DNA from: Alkalimonas delamerensis
Lineage (GTDB): Bacteria > Pseudomonadota > Gammaproteobacteria > Enterobacterales > Alteromonadaceae
DNA: 24,000 nucleotides
Assembly (NCBI RefSeq): GCF_030717955.1
Contig: NZ_JAUZVY010000001.1
Location: forward strand, 211,597 to 235,596
Reading direction: 5' to 3'
Shown here: piece by piece, positions 22,817-24,000 of the stretch
Layout: each line of letters opens with the position of its first letter
How positions within the stretch are numbered: position 1 is the stretch's first letter
Notes under the pieces: model-generated
Databases searched by the model: none
The model's input: only the letters and a program-made list of their open reading frames with translations
What the model was told of the DNA's origin: nothing
Made by a program: the position numbers and the translations under genes

Positions 22817-23725
22817 ATGCTCCTTGTGCCTACCACTGAAAGCCCGCTCATTGAAGATTTTCTGCAGCAGCTCTGGCAAGAGTCGGCGACCAGTCGCCAT
22901 ACGCTCAGCGCCTATGGCAGCGATTTGCGGCATTTTGCTTTATTTTTAACCAAAGAAGGAACAGGCCTTGGCTTGCTGCAAGCCCAGCCTCAGCATGTTG
23001 AAGCTTATCTTGCCGAGCGGGTCGACCACCATTACAGTGCACGCAGCACCTCGCGGCTGCTTAGCGCCTTGCGGCGCTTTTACAACTGGCTGCAACAAAG
23101 TGGTCAGCGTCAGGATCACCCGCTGGCGCAGACGTTAAACCCCAAGTTGGGACGAAGCTTGCCAAAAACCTTGTCGGAAGCGGAAGTGGAAGCCTTGTTG
23201 CAGGCGCCGGATCTGAGCGAAGCCATTGGGCTCAGGGATAAAGCCATGCTGGAAGTCTTGTATGCAGCAGGGCTGCGGGTCAGTGAGCTGGTGGGCCTGA
23301 CATTGCGTCAACTCAATTTGCGTCAGGGGGTGCTGCTGGTGCAGGGCAAAGGGCGCAAAGAGCGGTTGGTGCCCATTGGTGAAGAAGCGATGGACTGGCT
23401 GCAGCGCTATTTACGCGAAGCAAGGCCAGAGCTGCTGCGTCAGCCGGGCGAGGTCTTGTTTCCCAGCAGCCGTGGGCAGCAGATGACCCGTCAGACCTTC
23501 TGGCATCGGATTAAGTTTTACGCTAAGGTAGCGGGCATTCAGAGTCCGCTGTCACCGCATACCTTGCGCCATGCTTTTGCCACGCATTTATTGAATCATG
23601 GCGCCGACTTGCGGGTGGTCCAGCTGCTGCTTGGCCACAGCGATTTATCCACAACACAGATTTACACACACATTGCGCAGGCCCGCTTGCAGGACTTGCA
23701 TCAACAACACCACCCTCGGGGTTAA
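22817..23725 (+). CDS. xerD: Site-specific tyrosine recombinase XerD (chromosome dimer resolution)
   Basis: 302 aa with RDKAMLEVLYAAGLRVSELVGL, GKGRKERLVPIGEEA, LSPHTLRHAFATHLLNHGADLRVVQLLLGHSDLSTTQIYTH and C-terminal QQHHPRG, nearly superimposable on E. coli XerD. The fldB-xerD-dsbC synteny is kept. Confidence 0.95.
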   Translation: MLLVPTTESPLIEDFLQQLWQESATSRHTLSAYGSDLRHFALFLTKEGTGLGLLQAQPQHVEAYLAERVDHHYSARSTSRLLSALRRFYNWLQQSGQRQDHPLAQTLNPKLGRSLPKTLSEAEVEALLQAPDLSEAIGLRDKAMLEVLYAAGLRVSELVGLTLRQLNLRQGVLLVQGKGRKERLVPIGEEAMDWLQRYLREARPELLRQPGEVLFPSSRGQQMTRQTFWHRIKFYAKVAGIQSPLSPHTLRHAFATHLLNHGADLRVVQLLLGHSDLSTTQIYTHIAQARLQDLHQQHHPRG

Positions 23726-23739
23726 TCAGGAACCATGTC

Positions 23740-24000
23740 ATGACAATGCTTCGACTTTCCATGCTTGTATTTGCATTCGGCTTAGCCGCCACCCAGCTCG
23801 CTGCCGAGACAGCAACCGCCTACGATGAAGCGGCCATTCAGCGTCAACTGACGCAGCTTGGCCTCAAGGTTGACTCGGTAGGACCCTCGCCGGTCGAAGG
23901 TCTGGCTCAGGTGTTTACCAACCGCGGCTTGTTCTTTGTCAGCAACGACGGTAACTTTTTCTTTGAAGGCAACCTGTTTGATATTCAAAACCGCGAACTG
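23740..24000 (+). CDS. dsbC: Thiol:disulfide interchange protein DsbC, N-terminal part (cut by window edge)
   Basis: Absent from the ORF track because it is open-ended. ATG 23740 gives MTMLRLSMLVFAFGLAATQLAAETATAYDEAAIQRQLTQLGLKVDSVGPSPVEGLAQVFTNRGLFFVSNDGNFFFEGNLFDIQ, a signal peptide plus the DsbC dimerisation domain (compare E. coli DDAAIQQTLAKMGIK...PVAGMKTVLTNSGVLYITDDG). It lies downstream of xerD. Confidence 0.85.
   Translation, partial: MTMLRLSMLVFAFGLAATQLAAETATAYDEAAIQRQLTQLGLKVDSVGPSPVEGLAQVFTNRGLFFVSNDGNFFFEGNLFDIQNREL

Noticed and set aside
22817-23725. The tyrosine recombinase as an integrase marking a mobile element.
   Set aside because: Its sequence and the fldB-xerD-dsbC synteny identify it as the housekeeping XerD. 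There are no att-like repeats or cargo genes around it.
1-24000. A scan for CRISPR arrays, tRNA/rRNA genes, IS elements, toxin-antitoxin pairs and defence-type genes.
   Set aside because: By eye I found no regularly spaced repeats, no cloverleaf-like or rRNA-like segments in the short intergenic regions, and no nuclease, ATPase or methylase gene combinations other than the tRNA methyltransferase TrmN6. This was not an exhaustive computational search.

Overview
This is a gene-dense chromosomal window from a gammaproteobacterium; the species cannot be determined from sequence alone. I call 24 protein-coding genes, two of them cut by the window edges. I found no rRNA, tRNA, CRISPR array, transposase or phage gene.

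Layout:
(a) 1-7693 is a histidine-utilisation locus: hutH, hutU and hutC on the minus strand, hutI divergent, and a hutG-like gene further on. A membrane GGDEF(degenerate)-EAL gene sits inside this locus.
(b) 7697-20057 is colinear with the E. coli rraA-(menA)-hslU-hslV-ftsN-(cytR)-priA/rpmE region. The menA slot instead holds a DUF971 gene, an orphan periplasmic binding protein and a chemoreceptor. The cytR slot instead holds a three-gene photoactive yellow protein (PYP) operon, pyp-pcl-tal (14032-17236, minus strand).
(c) 20174-24000 holds the housekeeping pairs srmB/trmN6(yfiC) and fldB/xerD-dsbC.

The stand-out is the self-contained PYP blue-light photoreceptor cassette: apoprotein, p-coumaroyl-CoA ligase and tyrosine ammonia-lyase. 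PYP is a described but rare family whose signalling partner is still unknown. Its upstream control region here is unexplained. I do not see convincing evidence for a wholly undescribed multi-gene system; the other accessory pieces (MCP plus binding protein, GGDEF-EAL inside hut) are ordinary families in slightly unusual contexts.

Several ORF-track starts are non-ATG codons or over-extended, and I reset them from ribosome-binding sites and orthologue N-termini: pyp, pcl, priA, hutC, rraA, fldB and trmN6. All long ORFs antisense to these genes are treated as artefacts.
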